A stretch of DNA of 53,442 bases from an uncultured Nitrospiraceae bacterium (GCA_963727805.1 CAVSHF010000001.1:1-53442), one strand, 5' to 3'. Counted from the first letter of the stretch, positions 10,800 through 21,048 are shown. The notes: generated by a model from the sequence alone, not told the origin. A program made the numbers and translations.

Positions 10800-11345
10800 A
10801 TGAGGAAAATGGTATTGATGGGTGTTGCGGGGCTTTTCCTGCTATTTCTGGCAGCATCTCCTGTGCTCGCAGCTGAAGCATCGATTAAGATAGGGCTTGT
10901 CGACCTGTTTAAGGCAGTCAACGAATCGGAACAGGGGAAAAAGGCAAAGGCTGAACTCGAATCGGTTATTAAAGGGAAACAGGAAGCCCTAGAGGAAAAG
11001 GGGAAGGCCATCGAGAAATTAAAGGGTGAACTCGACAAGCAGGGGGGGGTTCTATCCGCCGAGGCTAAAAAGGGCAAAGAAGACGAAATGGAGCGGCTTA
11101 CCAGGGAATATCAGAGGACTGTAGCCGATTCACAGAGTGAGGTCCGCAAGAAGGAAGGCGATCTCACCGGGACCATCGTCAAGGATTTGAGAGAAGTCGT
11201 CGCCGCAATTGCGCGTGAGGACAACTATACGCTCGTAATGGAAAATGCTGAAGGACTTATCCTTTTTGCGGACAAGGGGCTCGATATCACCGACAAGGTG
11301 ATCAAGAAGTTTGATGAGTCGAAACAGAAGAGCCTAAAGAAATAA
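10800..11345 (+). CDS. skp: OmpH/Skp periplasmic chaperone
   Basis: Signal peptide, KIGLVDL, coiled coil, DITDKVIK; follows bamA; SD before ATG 10800. Confidence 0.93.
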   Translation: MRKMVLMGVAGLFLLFLAASPVLAAEASIKIGLVDLFKAVNESEQGKKAKAELESVIKGKQEALEEKGKAIEKLKGELDKQGGVLSAEAKKGKEDEMERLTREYQRTVADSQSEVRKKEGDLTGTIVKDLREVVAAIAREDNYTLVMENAEGLILFADKGLDITDKVIKKFDESKQKSLKK

Positions 11346-11419
11346 GGAGACAGAATAGATGAGTCGTTGGGTTTCCTGCCGCTCCGGTAAGGCTACCTAG
11401 CGGCTCAACTGCTTTTATA

Positions 11420-12454
11420 ATGAAACTGCTAGACATTGCTAAATTCATAGATGGACGAGTAATCGGAGATGGCGAAATCGAAGTGTCCGGCGTGTCGGGT
11501 CTTTCTGAAGCTGGAGAGGGCGACATCACCTTTCTTTCTGAAGACAAGTTTTTACCGAAGGCAAAGGAAAGCAAAGCCGCCGCAATTATTGTTAAAGAGG
11601 CTATAACAGGACTGGATAAGCCACAAGTTGCAGTTTCAAATCCTCAGCTTGCTTTTGCGCAACTGCTGGGCCATTTTTATGTCAAATCCATCCCGTATAA
11701 GGGAATCAGCGATAAGGCGTTTGTGTCACTATCTGCCGTGATCGGTAGAAATGTGACTCTTTATCCTTTTGCCTATGTTGCCGATGGCGCGACTGTCGGC
11801 AAAAACAGTGTTATTTATCCGGGAGTATTTATCGGCGAAAAAAGTGTTATTGGTGAAGGCTGTCTTATATATTCAAACGTAACGATCCGGGAAGGGGTAA
11901 CTGTGGGCAGTAGGGTGATCATCCATGCCGGTGCTGTTATTGGGGCCGACGGATTCGGATACGTATTCGATGGGCAGGAGCATCGGAAGATCCCACAGGT
12001 GGGAGGCGTCATCATAGAAGATGATGTCGAAATAGGTGCGAACACGACCATCGACAGGGCCACAACGGGAATGACGGTTATCGGCTGTGGAACGAAGATC
12101 GACAATCTGGTGCAGGTAGGTCATAACGTCAAAATCGGACGGAATGCAATCTTTGTAGCGCAAGTCGCCATTGGAGGGAGCTCGGACATTGGAGATGGGG
12201 TCATCCTCGCCGGCCAGGTAGGAGTGGCCGATCATGTAACTATCGAGGCCGGAACCATAGCCGGCGCCCAGACCGGGCTTACAGGAAAGGCGGGAAAGGT
12301 GAAAAAAGGAGTTTATGGGGGCACCCCTGCCTTGCCTATCAACGATGCCATTAAGGCTGCTATGGTATATGCCAAATTGCCTGAACTGAGGGATAAGATT
12401 CGGGAGCTTGAAGATAAAATTGAATCGTTAAGCAGGCATGAGAAAGGGCCTTAG
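11420..12454 (+). CDS. lpxD: UDP-3-O-acyl-glucosamine N-acyltransferase
   Basis: Hexapeptide repeats, [27 protein letters not shown]. Confidence 0.97.
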   Translation: MKLLDIAKFIDGRVIGDGEIEVSGVSGLSEAGEGDITFLSEDKFLPKAKESKAAAIIVKEAITGLDKPQVAVSNPQLAFAQLLGHFYVKSIPYKGISDKAFVSLSAVIGRNVTLYPFAYVADGATVGKNSVIYPGVFIGEKSVIGEGCLIYSNVTIREGVTVGSRVIIHAGAVIGADGFGYVFDGQEHRKIPQVGGVIIEDDVEIGANTTIDRATTGMTVIGCGTKIDNLVQVGHNVKIGRNAIFVAQVAIGGSSDIGDGVILAGQVGVADHVTIEAGTIAGAQTGLTGKAGKVKKGVYGGTPALPINDAIKAAMVYAKLPELRDKIRELEDKIESLSRHEKGP

Positions 12455-12512
12455 TAGAAATCCTGCGCTGTTGCCCCGCTGCCATCTTAAATAACGTACT
12501 CATGGAGGAAAG

Positions 12513-12944
12513 ATGATAGACATAAAAGAAATACTGACACTTCTACCTCACCGCTATCCTTTTCTGCTGGTCGACAGGGTTACCGAGCTGGTTCCTGGCG
12601 TTAAGGCCAGCGGAATCAAGAATGTGACGATCAACGAGCCCTTTTTTGCGGGACATTTCCCCAATAATCCGGTTATGCCCGGGGTATTGATTGTAGAGGC
12701 GATGGCCCAGGTGGCAGGGATTCTCGCCTTTAAATCGAGTTCTTTGGGTAGGTCAGTCTATTTCATGAGCATGGACAAAGTGAAATTCCGTAAGCCTGTA
12801 ATGCCGGGAGACCAGTTACGCTTTGAAGTGATGGTCATCCACAAAAGGGAAAATGTCTGGAAATTCAGCGGTAGTGCCTTTGTCGAAGACAAGCTCGCCA
12901 CAGAGGCCGAATTTACCGCTATGATGACGGACAGGGTTCTGTAG
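12513..12944 (+). CDS. fabZ: 3-hydroxyacyl-ACP dehydratase
   Basis: LPHRYPFLLVD, FAGHFP, PGVLIVEAMAQ. Confidence 0.98.
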   Translation: MIDIKEILTLLPHRYPFLLVDRVTELVPGVKASGIKNVTINEPFFAGHFPNNPVMPGVLIVEAMAQVAGILAFKSSSLGRSVYFMSMDKVKFRKPVMPGDQLRFEVMVIHKRENVWKFSGSAFVEDKLATEAEFTAMMTDRVL

Positions 12945-12952
12945 GAGGACCG

Positions 12953-13732
12953 ATGACGAATAACATCCATAAAACAGCGATCATCAGTAAAAAAGCGCAG
13001 CTTGCAGGAGGAGTGACTATTGGCCCGTTTTGTATTATCGGAGACGGAGTTGTTATCAATAGAGGCTCCAATCTGATCTCCAACGTAGTTGCCGAGGGGG
13101 CTACTGAGATAGGTGAGAACTGTACGATTCATCCTTTTGCTACAATCGGACTGCCGCCGCAGGATCTGAAATACAAGGGTGAGCCAACCGGTGTCAAGAT
13201 CGGCACGAACAACACCATCAGGGAATACACATCCATTCAGCGTGGTTCAGTGGGCGGTGACGGATTAACAACTGTGGGCGACAACAACTATATTATGGCA
13301 TATTCCCATATCGCTCATGACTGTATCGTCGGCTCTTCGAATATTATGGCCAATGCCGCAACTCTTGCGGGTCACGTGCTGATGGAGGATTTTATTACCC
13401 TCGGTGGATTCGTGGCAATCCACCAGTTTACCCGCATCGGCTCCCATGCTATGATAGGCGGGCTGAGCGGGATCAACATGGATATCCCTCCGTATGCCAT
13501 AGCATCAGGTACGCGGGCCAAGCTCTATGGGCTGAACGTTATAGGTATTAGCCGGCGTGGTTTTCCCGAAGAGACCGTTAAACAGTTGAAAAAAGCGTAC
13601 AAGATCCTTTTTCGTGAGAAGAGAACCCTGAAGGACGCTTTGAAGAAGATAAAGACCGATTTCCCGGAAATACTGGAGATCAAGCATCTTGTTGATTTTA
13701 TCGAGAAGAATACAAGAGGCATATGCAGATAG
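12953..13732 (+). CDS. lpxA: UDP-GlcNAc acyltransferase
   Basis: PQDLKYKGE, HIAHDC, hexapeptide repeats. Confidence 0.97.
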   Translation: MTNNIHKTAIISKKAQLAGGVTIGPFCIIGDGVVINRGSNLISNVVAEGATEIGENCTIHPFATIGLPPQDLKYKGEPTGVKIGTNNTIREYTSIQRGSVGGDGLTTVGDNNYIMAYSHIAHDCIVGSSNIMANAATLAGHVLMEDFITLGGFVAIHQFTRIGSHAMIGGLSGINMDIPPYAIASGTRAKLYGLNVIGISRRGFPEETVKQLKKAYKILFREKRTLKDALKKIKTDFPEILEIKHLVDFIEKNTRGICR

Positions 13733-14559
13733 GTCTTATCGCGGGAGCGGGCGAGCTTCCGGTGATTATCGCAGAGGACGCAAGGGAACGGGGTTTCCGA
13801 GTCATAACGGTAGCACTTGAGAACCTCGCGTCGGAACAGCTAAAAGAGGTTTCCGATGAAATCAAATGGGTCAATCCTGGGAAATTCGGGGAGTTGATTG
13901 ATACCCTCAAGAAGTATCATGTAAAAGAGGCGATCATGGCAGGCAAGGTCCCCAAAACCCTTATCTATAAATCGAAGATAACGCCGGACCTGAGGGCGGT
14001 GAAACTGCTCTTTTCGATTAGGGACAAGAGTGACGACGCGATCCTGAATGCGATCACCAGGGAACTTGCGAGCGAAGGAATCGAGATCATCGACACGACA
14101 AAATTTAGCCCTCATCTGTTGACGCCTGAAGGCTGTCTCACCACAAAGAGGCCTGATGACGAGGAATGGAAGGATATAGAATTCGGCTGGAAGATAGCAA
14201 AAGAGATGGGAAAGCTCGATATCGGACAGACTGTTGTAATAAAAGGGAAAGCGGTTATGGCAGTTGAGGCCATTGAAGGAACAGATGAAGCCATCCTCAG
14301 GGGAGGTAAGTGGGCTGGCGAAGGCGCTGTTATCGTTAAGGTGAGCAAGCCACATCAGGACATGCGGCTCGATGTGCCTGCTGTCGGTTCCGACACTATT
14401 AAATCGATGGAGAAAGTCAAGGCCCGGGTACTCGCCCTGGAGGCGCTAAGGAGCATGATTGTCAACAGGGAAAAAGTGATAAGGGACGCAGAGCATGCCG
14501 GCATCACCATCATCGGTATCTTGGCCGACAAGGTCCATCAGGGAAAGAGCAGACACTAA
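13723..14559 (+). CDS. lpxI: UDP-2,3-diacylglucosamine diphosphatase LpxI
   Basis: GLIAGAGELP, DIGQTVV, AVEAIEGTD, QDMRLDVP. Confidence 0.93.
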   Translation: MQIGLIAGAGELPVIIAEDARERGFRVITVALENLASEQLKEVSDEIKWVNPGKFGELIDTLKKYHVKEAIMAGKVPKTLIYKSKITPDLRAVKLLFSIRDKSDDAILNAITRELASEGIEIIDTTKFSPHLLTPEGCLTTKRPDDEEWKDIEFGWKIAKEMGKLDIGQTVVIKGKAVMAVEAIEGTDEAILRGGKWAGEGAVIVKVSKPHQDMRLDVPAVGSDTIKSMEKVKARVLALEALRSMIVNREKVIRDAEHAGITIIGILADKVHQGKSRH

Positions 14560-14560
14560 C

Positions 14561-15565
14561 ATGATGAATTATCTCGCGATAATCAAAGAAGGGGTATCAG
14601 TTGCCAATAAGAACTGGCAGCTCATTCTTGTGCAGTTTCTTTTCATGGTTCTGGGCTTTGTCAGCCTGCTTATTATCGTGGGTATTCCACTTGCTGTTGC
14701 CTTTGTCATTTTCGGACTTGATCTGACGGAGATACTGCGCCAGCGAGATCTGATTGGTGTATTTCAAGTTGCCGCTGCCATGCTCCGGAAGTCGCTTCCG
14801 ATCGTCCTCTTCGTTATTCTCGGATTTATTTTATATGTTGCCTCGATCATTGCCATGTGGATATTCGCCTTCGCGGGTACTATCGGGTCTATTGCAAAGA
14901 CGATACTTAACGGCCAGAAGTTCACCATGAGGTTTTTCTGGTCAGAAGCGAAAAGGCTCTTTTTCCCTGTCTTTATTTTTTCGAACATGGCAGGCTTCGG
15001 TTTTGCGGTTCTTGCCATGTTTATGGGGATCATCAGTGCGAGCGCGCAAAAGATCATCTCGATTGCCGAAACGCAGGAAGCGACCCTTGCCGTTTTCCTG
15101 AGCATATTTTTCTTTCTCGTGCTGCTGTCGGTCGGCTTGTTTCTCTTCTTTTTGACCATCGAGATGACTTTTTACGGATGTGGCTATCTGGTATTCAACC
15201 GGCCGAGGCCATTTAAAGCATTTAGGAATATTGCACGCTACTTATACAAAACTCCATCCGCGCATGTTCTGCTCGGCATCCTGACTTTAGGTTACTTGGT
15301 AGCAGGTTCTGTGGTGGTTACCATCACATCTCTTCTGGCCTTAGTTCCGATGGTGGGTACTGCCCTTGCTATGCCGTTTCAATTCCTCTCCCAAGCGGCA
15401 CATGGGTATGTGAGTCTTGTTATTCTGGCGTCGATCTTTCTGTTCTATTATCGGACAGGCTATTTGCCTTCTCTACCTGAGACCAAGGGTGTTCCCGATA
15501 TTTCTCAACCAGTTGACGAGCAACCTCAAGCTCCGGGTGAGAAGGCTGAGAGGCAGCTAGAGTGA
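14561..15565 (+). CDS. Hypothetical multi-pass membrane protein
   Basis: About 6 hydrophobic segments; starts 1 nt after the lpxI stop. Confidence 0.8.
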   Translation: MMNYLAIIKEGVSVANKNWQLILVQFLFMVLGFVSLLIIVGIPLAVAFVIFGLDLTEILRQRDLIGVFQVAAAMLRKSLPIVLFVILGFILYVASIIAMWIFAFAGTIGSIAKTILNGQKFTMRFFWSEAKRLFFPVFIFSNMAGFGFAVLAMFMGIISASAQKIISIAETQEATLAVFLSIFFFLVLLSVGLFLFFLTIEMTFYGCGYLVFNRPRPFKAFRNIARYLYKTPSAHVLLGILTLGYLVAGSVVVTITSLLALVPMVGTALAMPFQFLSQAAHGYVSLVILASIFLFYYRTGYLPSLPETKGVPDISQPVDEQPQAPGEKAERQLE

Positions 15566-16265
15566 CCCCAAAAGTTTCTTCCCAGGCAGAGATGAGATGC
15601 TGCCTCAATGTTTTCGGATCGAAGTTCGGCAGACAGTTCCGCAACCCCGTAGATTCATAATATCCAGTATTGGCCGATCCGTTACGGGAGGGCGCTCTTA
15701 ATAGAGCCGGCAGTCTTTTATGATCGATTGAGAAGGGGATTGACCCCTGCTGAAGAAAAGCGTCATTCCACCTTTTCTGGGCAGAGCCGATAATCTTCAT
15801 CCCCCCACTGTTGATCTCTCCAAACGAAGTTGATGCGAAACAGAGGGGACTTTTTATGAGGTTTCTTCCTTTTTCCCGATCTCTTTTCATCGTACAGCAA
15901 AGGCCGATCAGAGCGAAGCAACGGTAAAAGGCAATGCCTAGCTTCTGGTAGGAATCCATCAGGCTTTCAGAAAATGGCTCCTCATTCCTCGAGGAAAAAC
16001 TGTACGTGAGTTCGTCTCCGTGGAGAATGGCGCGCCCGCCGGTAGGCCTTCTTACTATCGGGATAGCGCAGGCGTGGCAATAATCAAAATCGATGTCGCA
16101 AATCTTTTGAAATACACCGATACTGACGGCAGGGCGAGACCACGAGTAGAGACGCAGTACGGGAGGGGAGTCTCCCTTCCTGACCGAAAGGGCCAAGGCC
16201 TCGTCAAGTGCCATGTTGAAAGCTGCCTCGCAAGGACCGGAATCGATCAGTCGCCACGACTTCAC
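15420..16265 (-). CDS. Lipoate-protein ligase A / LipM-like (BPL/LplA family)
   Basis: NMALDEAL, LRLYSW, RRPTGGRAILH, KIIGSAQ. Confidence 0.92.
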   Translation of the reverse strand: MKSWRLIDSGPCEAAFNMALDEALALSVRKGDSPPVLRLYSWSRPAVSIGVFQKICDIDFDYCHACAIPIVRRPTGGRAILHGDELTYSFSSRNEEPFSESLMDSYQKLGIAFYRCFALIGLCCTMKRDREKGRNLIKSPLCFASTSFGEINSGGMKIIGSAQKRWNDAFLQQGSIPFSIDHKRLPALLRAPSRNGSANTGYYESTGLRNCLPNFDPKTLRQHLISAWEETFGVTLAASQPSHPELEVARQLVEKYREHPWSQVEKANSLSDNRTERSTPE

Positions 16266-16270
16266 ATCGA

Positions 16271-16462
16271 TTATTTCTTCTCTTCGAGCAGGATCTTATG
16301 CTTGAGAAGGGATATTTCCTTTAATCGTCCCTCGAATGTCTTCTGTTCGCCGAAGAGGTTTCTCAGGAATATCTTGTCTCCTTCGGGAACGAGCATATCG
16401 ACGCTGTCGAGATAGAGCTCTTCTTTTCCGTCTCTGTAAATATATGCGCTTGCCTCACACAT
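16271..16462 (-). CDS. CooT family nickel-binding protein
   Basis: MCEASAY N-terminus (Cys2), NLFGEQK, C-terminal LLKHKI; 63 aa. Confidence 0.85.
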   Translation of the reverse strand: MCEASAYIYRDGKEELYLDSVDMLVPEGDKIFLRNLFGEQKTFEGRLKEISLLKHKILLEEKK

Positions 16463-16871
16463 CGCACTCCTCCTTTATTCTTGCGACCAGTGTATCGATC
16501 AGATGGGGAAGGGGCTCCTTCGCGCCGCCGATTATTTCGACCTGCTCCTGGTTAAGCGGCAGCAGAAACTTCTTGGCCGGCGCAGAAGCGACTGCCTCGG
16601 CCATCGTAGGTGTCAGCTCGCCGAGCATACTGTTGCCGAGGACGATGCTCAAAGGCCCCACGATCAGATCGACTCTTGGGGCGTTCCACACAATAGCGTT
16701 CTCGCCGGTCGCCCCTTTATTGGCGCGCGCTTTCAGCATCGCGGCTGTAGCCGTAGAGTTGGTTCCGATGGCGATGATCTCAACCCCCTCGCTAAACTGC
16801 TCCCTGAGGGCTTTTATGATAAAGCTCCCTATGCCGCCTCCCTGGCCGTCGATGACTGCTATCCTTTTCAT
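16455..16871 (-). CDS. DUF3842 family protein
   Basis: IAVIDGQGGGIG, GTNSTATAAMLKA, GATGENAI, GELTPTMA. Confidence 0.88.
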   Translation of the reverse strand: MKRIAVIDGQGGGIGSFIIKALREQFSEGVEIIAIGTNSTATAAMLKARANKGATGENAIVWNAPRVDLIVGPLSIVLGNSMLGELTPTMAEAVASAPAKKFLLPLNQEQVEIIGGAKEPLPHLIDTLVARIKEECDV

Positions 16872-16940
16872 AAATAAAAGTATAGATACTGATTGATGGG
16901 GGTGTCAATAAAGGACACAACCTGGCGTTGGCAAAGGGGA

Positions 16941-17282
16941 TTATCCGCCGGTGCGTTTCGGCGTGTATCCCAGCCTCTCCAGGAAGGTCATGATCGCATC
17001 ACGGTGATCGCCCTGGATTTCTATGGCAGTGTCTTTCATAGCCCCACCCGTGCCGAGGCAAGCCTTGAGCTGTTTGAGAAGGGCCTCTTTGTCTTTCGAT
17101 GACTTCTGAAGCCCTTCGATCAACGTAACAGACTTTCCTCCCCGGCCCTTCCGGTCAAGGCGGAGATAGACCTTTTGATTCGCGGGAGCGATTATCTGCC
17201 GGATATCGCACTCTGCCGGCTTTTCTTTTTTGGACAGGCTCTTGTCTGTAGAATAAACGAGTCTGGTCTTCTCCGTGGGCAT
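16941..17282 (-). CDS. yciH: SUI1/YciH translation initiation factor homologue
   Basis: RLVYST, RKGRGGKSVTLIEG, LKACLGTGG, IEIQGDHR; start ATG 17282. Confidence 0.92.
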   Translation of the reverse strand: MPTEKTRLVYSTDKSLSKKEKPAECDIRQIIAPANQKVYLRLDRKGRGGKSVTLIEGLQKSSKDKEALLKQLKACLGTGGAMKDTAIEIQGDHRDAIMTFLERLGYTPKRTGG

Positions 17283-17357
17283 GTATAATTTTAGCACAAA
17301 AAGCTGCATTTCGAATGTCAAGCTGCGTTGCTCGTTACCATGATATATACTATCAAT

Positions 17358-17951
17358 ATGCACGCCCTTAAAAACAGGCTTGGCATCACGAACAAGCGTG
17401 AGCTTGAAGAAGCCGAAAACGCAGCGATGGCAACAGCATTCAATGAACTACTCAGGATGTGCGAAACACCACACCAGTTTACGTCGGCCGATATTCGGAT
17501 GATCCACAAAGCATGGCTCGGCGGCATCTACGAATGGGCAGGCGAATACAGGCAGGTGGATGTGCGCAAGGGAGATATTTCATTTGCCCCCGCAAAGCAG
17601 ATACCGCCACTTATGGATGCCCTCGAAAAGGGGTCTCTGCAACGGCACACTCCCTGCAACTTCAGATCGGCGAACAGGGTCACAAAGGCATTGGCGGAAG
17701 TCCATGTTGAATTAATTCTCGTCTATCCGTTTCCGGGAGGCAACGGTAGGGTAGCAAGAATCCTCGCGTCGCTCATGGCTTCACAGGCGGGCCTTCCAAT
17801 ACTCGATTTCACGGACATTATAGGCAAGAAGAAATGCGAATACTTTTCGGCGATTCACCGGGGACTGTACGGCGATTACAATCCTATGGACGAACTGTTC
17901 GCGCAGATCATACTCATGTCAGTGAAAGCCAGATTTCCTCGGAGATGTTAG
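17358..17951 (+). CDS. Fic-domain protein with degenerate active site
   Basis: LKNRLGIT, IHKAWLGGIYEWAGEYR, motif YPFPGGNGRVAR versus canonical HPFxxGNGRxxR. Confidence 0.88.
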   Translation: MHALKNRLGITNKRELEEAENAAMATAFNELLRMCETPHQFTSADIRMIHKAWLGGIYEWAGEYRQVDVRKGDISFAPAKQIPPLMDALEKGSLQRHTPCNFRSANRVTKALAEVHVELILVYPFPGGNGRVARILASLMASQAGLPILDFTDIIGKKKCEYFSAIHRGLYGDYNPMDELFAQIILMSVKARFPRRC

Positions 17952-18009
17952 CTTTTCGGTGATGAGAGTAGGCCCGATTGGCTTAAAATAAGTTAAACTA
18001 TTCTAACAG

Positions 18010-19200
18010 ATGATACAGCCGGCAATATCCCAAGTGATACCCGAATTCGAAAGCGAACATCGCATAGCGCGACTTCAAGCGCTCCTGACTGAGCAGGCTC
18101 TCGACGGCGCACTCTTTGTCTCCCCTGTCGATATTTACTACTTTGCCGGGACCCGCCAGAACGGGGTACTCTGGATTCCCGCCGAGGGAGCCCCTATGCT
18201 CCTAGTGCGCAAGAGCTTGATCCGTGCACTGACTGAGAGCCTTGTCTCCGACACCAGGCCTTTCCCTCCGAGTAAGGAATTCCCGGCTTTATTTAACAGT
18301 GATATTAGAAAAATAGGGCTCACTTTCGACGTTATGCCGGTACAATATTATCAGTACTATGCCGGGCTCCTTCCTGGGCGGGCGTTCGTCGATATCTCAT
18401 TCCTCAATCGGGTACTCCGTTCCGTCAAATCCCCATGGGAGCAGGAACACATGCGTGAAAGCGGACGCAGACTCGCCGAAATCTTCTCGCAAATACCGGC
18501 CTTTCTGAAACGAGGCATACGCGAGATTGACCTTGCAGCCGAGATGGAATATCATCTGCGCAAGGGCTGCAGCGAAGGTGCTCTTCGTCTGAGGTCTTTT
18601 GGCCAGGAGATCATAGGCCTTTCCTCCTCGGGTGCGCGCGCCGCATATCCCGGCGGCTTCGACGGACCTGTCACTGGCCAGGGGATTTCAAGTTCCGCGC
18701 CCTACGGCCCATCAACCTGCGTCATCGAAGAAAACGTTCCGGTCATCGTCGACTACTCTGGCACCTTCAACGGGTACATGATGGACATGACCCGCATCTT
18801 CGTCTTCGGCGATCTGGATCAGACCATGAAAAAAGCATTTGCTATTGCGCTTGAGATCCAAACCTGGGTGGTTCAAAACCTGCGGGCTGAAATGATCTGC
18901 GAAGAACTTTACCTCGGCTCACTCAGGATGGCTGAGGAGTCGGGATTCGGCATGCAGTTTATGGGTAATCCTGGAGAACAGGCTAAGTTTGTGGGCCATG
19001 GCGTCGGACTTGAGCTCGATGAGTTGCCGGTACTTGCCAAGGGATTCACAGGCAAGCTGGTGGAAGGACAGGTCGTCGCAATAGAGCCGAAGTTCATATT
19101 CCCCGGTCGGGGAGTGGTGGGGATTGAGAATACCTGGCTCGTTACCGCATCGGATAGCGAGAAACTGACAGTCCTGGCAGATGATGTTGTTTATCTGTAG
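18010..19200 (+). CDS. Xaa-Pro peptidase family M24
   Basis: Creatinase-like N domain, LRSVKS, DMTR, GHGVGLELDE, IEPK, GIEN. Confidence 0.92.
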   Translation: MIQPAISQVIPEFESEHRIARLQALLTEQALDGALFVSPVDIYYFAGTRQNGVLWIPAEGAPMLLVRKSLIRALTESLVSDTRPFPPSKEFPALFNSDIRKIGLTFDVMPVQYYQYYAGLLPGRAFVDISFLNRVLRSVKSPWEQEHMRESGRRLAEIFSQIPAFLKRGIREIDLAAEMEYHLRKGCSEGALRLRSFGQEIIGLSSSGARAAYPGGFDGPVTGQGISSSAPYGPSTCVIEENVPVIVDYSGTFNGYMMDMTRIFVFGDLDQTMKKAFAIALEIQTWVVQNLRAEMICEELYLGSLRMAEESGFGMQFMGNPGEQAKFVGHGVGLELDELPVLAKGFTGKLVEGQVVAIEPKFIFPGRGVVGIENTWLVTASDSEKLTVLADDVVYL

Positions 19201-19212
19201 ATATCTAACTAT

Positions 19213-19617
19213 TTAATTGTGCCCGCCTTTTTTCTGTTTTTTCGATGCGACGATCTCATCGACGCGCTGGCGTTTGCTGTGCTTAGTCGCATCGCCCTTA
19301 GAGAGCTCGACAGGATACCGCATCTCATTAAGATCGATCTTTTCAAAGACAGCCTTTTCAATGTCCACATTCAGCTTGTCGGCAAGTCGAACCAGATAAA
19401 TAAAGACATCGGCTATTTCTTCCTTAACGTGGGCCATCTCCTGTTCATCGCCGACTATCTCGACCGACTGCTTCTCGGTAAGCCACTGGAAGATTTCAAG
19501 CAATTCAGCAGCTTCGGCTGCAAGACCCATCGAGAGATTTTTGGGGGAATGGAATTGGTCCCAATTCCGTGCTGCAGCAAAAGTGGCCAGTCTTTTTTTG
19601 ATTTCAGATATGTTCAT
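19213..19617 (-). CDS. MazG-like nucleotide pyrophosphohydrolase (dCTP pyrophosphatase type)
   Basis: RNWDQFHSPKNL, EAAELLEIFQW, EEIADV. Confidence 0.93.
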   Translation of the reverse strand: MNISEIKKRLATFAAARNWDQFHSPKNLSMGLAAEAAELLEIFQWLTEKQSVEIVGDEQEMAHVKEEIADVFIYLVRLADKLNVDIEKAVFEKIDLNEMRYPVELSKGDATKHSKRQRVDEIVASKKQKKGGHN

Positions 19618-19908
19618 TATAGGTCTCCATAAGAAAAGTGGCTATTTGAGAATAGTTAATGATACTACAAGTCGTTGCCTGAATCCATTATGACAATAGA
19701 TTTCCGTTCTTATGTATTTGTCGCAAAGGAGATAATGCCTGTTGCGCTTAGCAATTGAGTTTGCTATGCTATTTCTAACTATAGTGTCTGCGTTGTAGGG
19801 GAGAAGGGATCAACTGACTCAAAAGCAAGCTTTTGGAACAAGTTGATCCCGTGCTTCATGGTATTTAACCATCTCAAAAATTTATGGACTTGAGCAGTTC
19901 TTATCAAG

Positions 19909-21048
19909 ATGGATGACACCTGCCATTCAAATGACGAAGTGAAAGAAATTGAAAGGCTTCGGCTGAAACTAGCCCGTGCCGACATTCCCCGCCTGAATGA
20001 ACTGGAAGCACTCCGCACCTCGCTAGAACAGCTTGAGCAAAGGTTTCTGGAGCGCAATGCGGAACTCGAACAAAAAAATGAAGCCCTAATCACAGAGATC
20101 GCTGAAAGAAATCGGATTGAAAACGCCCTCAAAGAAAGTGAGGAGCGTTTGCGTCGTATGGTCAATGCCGTCACCGCGTATACCTATAGCGTCGAAGTTA
20201 GAGACGGGCAGGCTGTTGAAACAATGCACAGCATGGGTTGTCTTCCTCTAACAGGGTATATGCCTGATGACTATAATGCAAACCCTTATTTGTGGCATGA
20301 TATGATTCATGAGGATGATCGTCAGCTGGTCAAAAAAGCAATCAAAAAACTTCTGTCTGGGCAGGACGTCCCGTCTATCGAGCACCGTCTTATCCGTCGC
20401 GACGGAAAAGTTGTCTGGGTCAGAAACACTATGGTACCGCATCGCGATGAAACAGGTCAGGTTATTCGTTACGACGGGCTGATAGAAGATATTGCCAAAC
20501 GGAAGAATATCGAGGAGGAACTTAGGGCGGCTTCGATTATTGATGATCTGACCAGACTGCACAATCGCCGAGGGTTCCTTGCGATTGCTCAGCAGCAACT
20601 CAAAATTGCGACCCGACTCAAAAGGTCGCTCCTGTTTTTTTTCATTGATCTGGACGATATGAAATTGATCAACGACAACTGTGGCCATGCAGAGGGCGAT
20701 ATGGCTCTGATACGGACCGCGCGGGTTTTGAAGGCATCCTTCCGTGAATCGGACATCATTGGTCGCATGGGCGGCGATGAATTTGCAGTGCTCGCGTTCG
20801 AAAGCGATAACGAAGGAAGTGCAGAACTCATTAACGGTCGTATCCAGAGCAATGTTGATGCAGAAAACCTCAGACAGCCCTCAAAATACACCCTCTCGCT
20901 GAGCATAGGCATATCTCGATATGACCCCGCCTGCAGTGCTACGGTTGAGGACCTCCTCGCAAAAGCCGATGCCCTTATGTATGACCAGAAGCAGAAAAGA
21001 AAGAAACAGATGATGCAACCCTCTTCGCAGGATGACCTGCAGACATAG
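19909..21048 (+). CDS. Coiled-coil/PAS diguanylate cyclase
   Basis: PAS (IHEDDR, RRDGKVVWV), DDLTRLHNRRG, RESD I-site followed by GGDEF. Confidence 0.93.
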   Translation: MDDTCHSNDEVKEIERLRLKLARADIPRLNELEALRTSLEQLEQRFLERNAELEQKNEALITEIAERNRIENALKESEERLRRMVNAVTAYTYSVEVRDGQAVETMHSMGCLPLTGYMPDDYNANPYLWHDMIHEDDRQLVKKAIKKLLSGQDVPSIEHRLIRRDGKVVWVRNTMVPHRDETGQVIRYDGLIEDIAKRKNIEEELRAASIIDDLTRLHNRRGFLAIAQQQLKIATRLKRSLLFFFIDLDDMKLINDNCGHAEGDMALIRTARVLKASFRESDIIGRMGGDEFAVLAFESDNEGSAELINGRIQSNVDAENLRQPSKYTLSLSIGISRYDPACSATVEDLLAKADALMYDQKQKRKKQMMQPSSQDDLQT

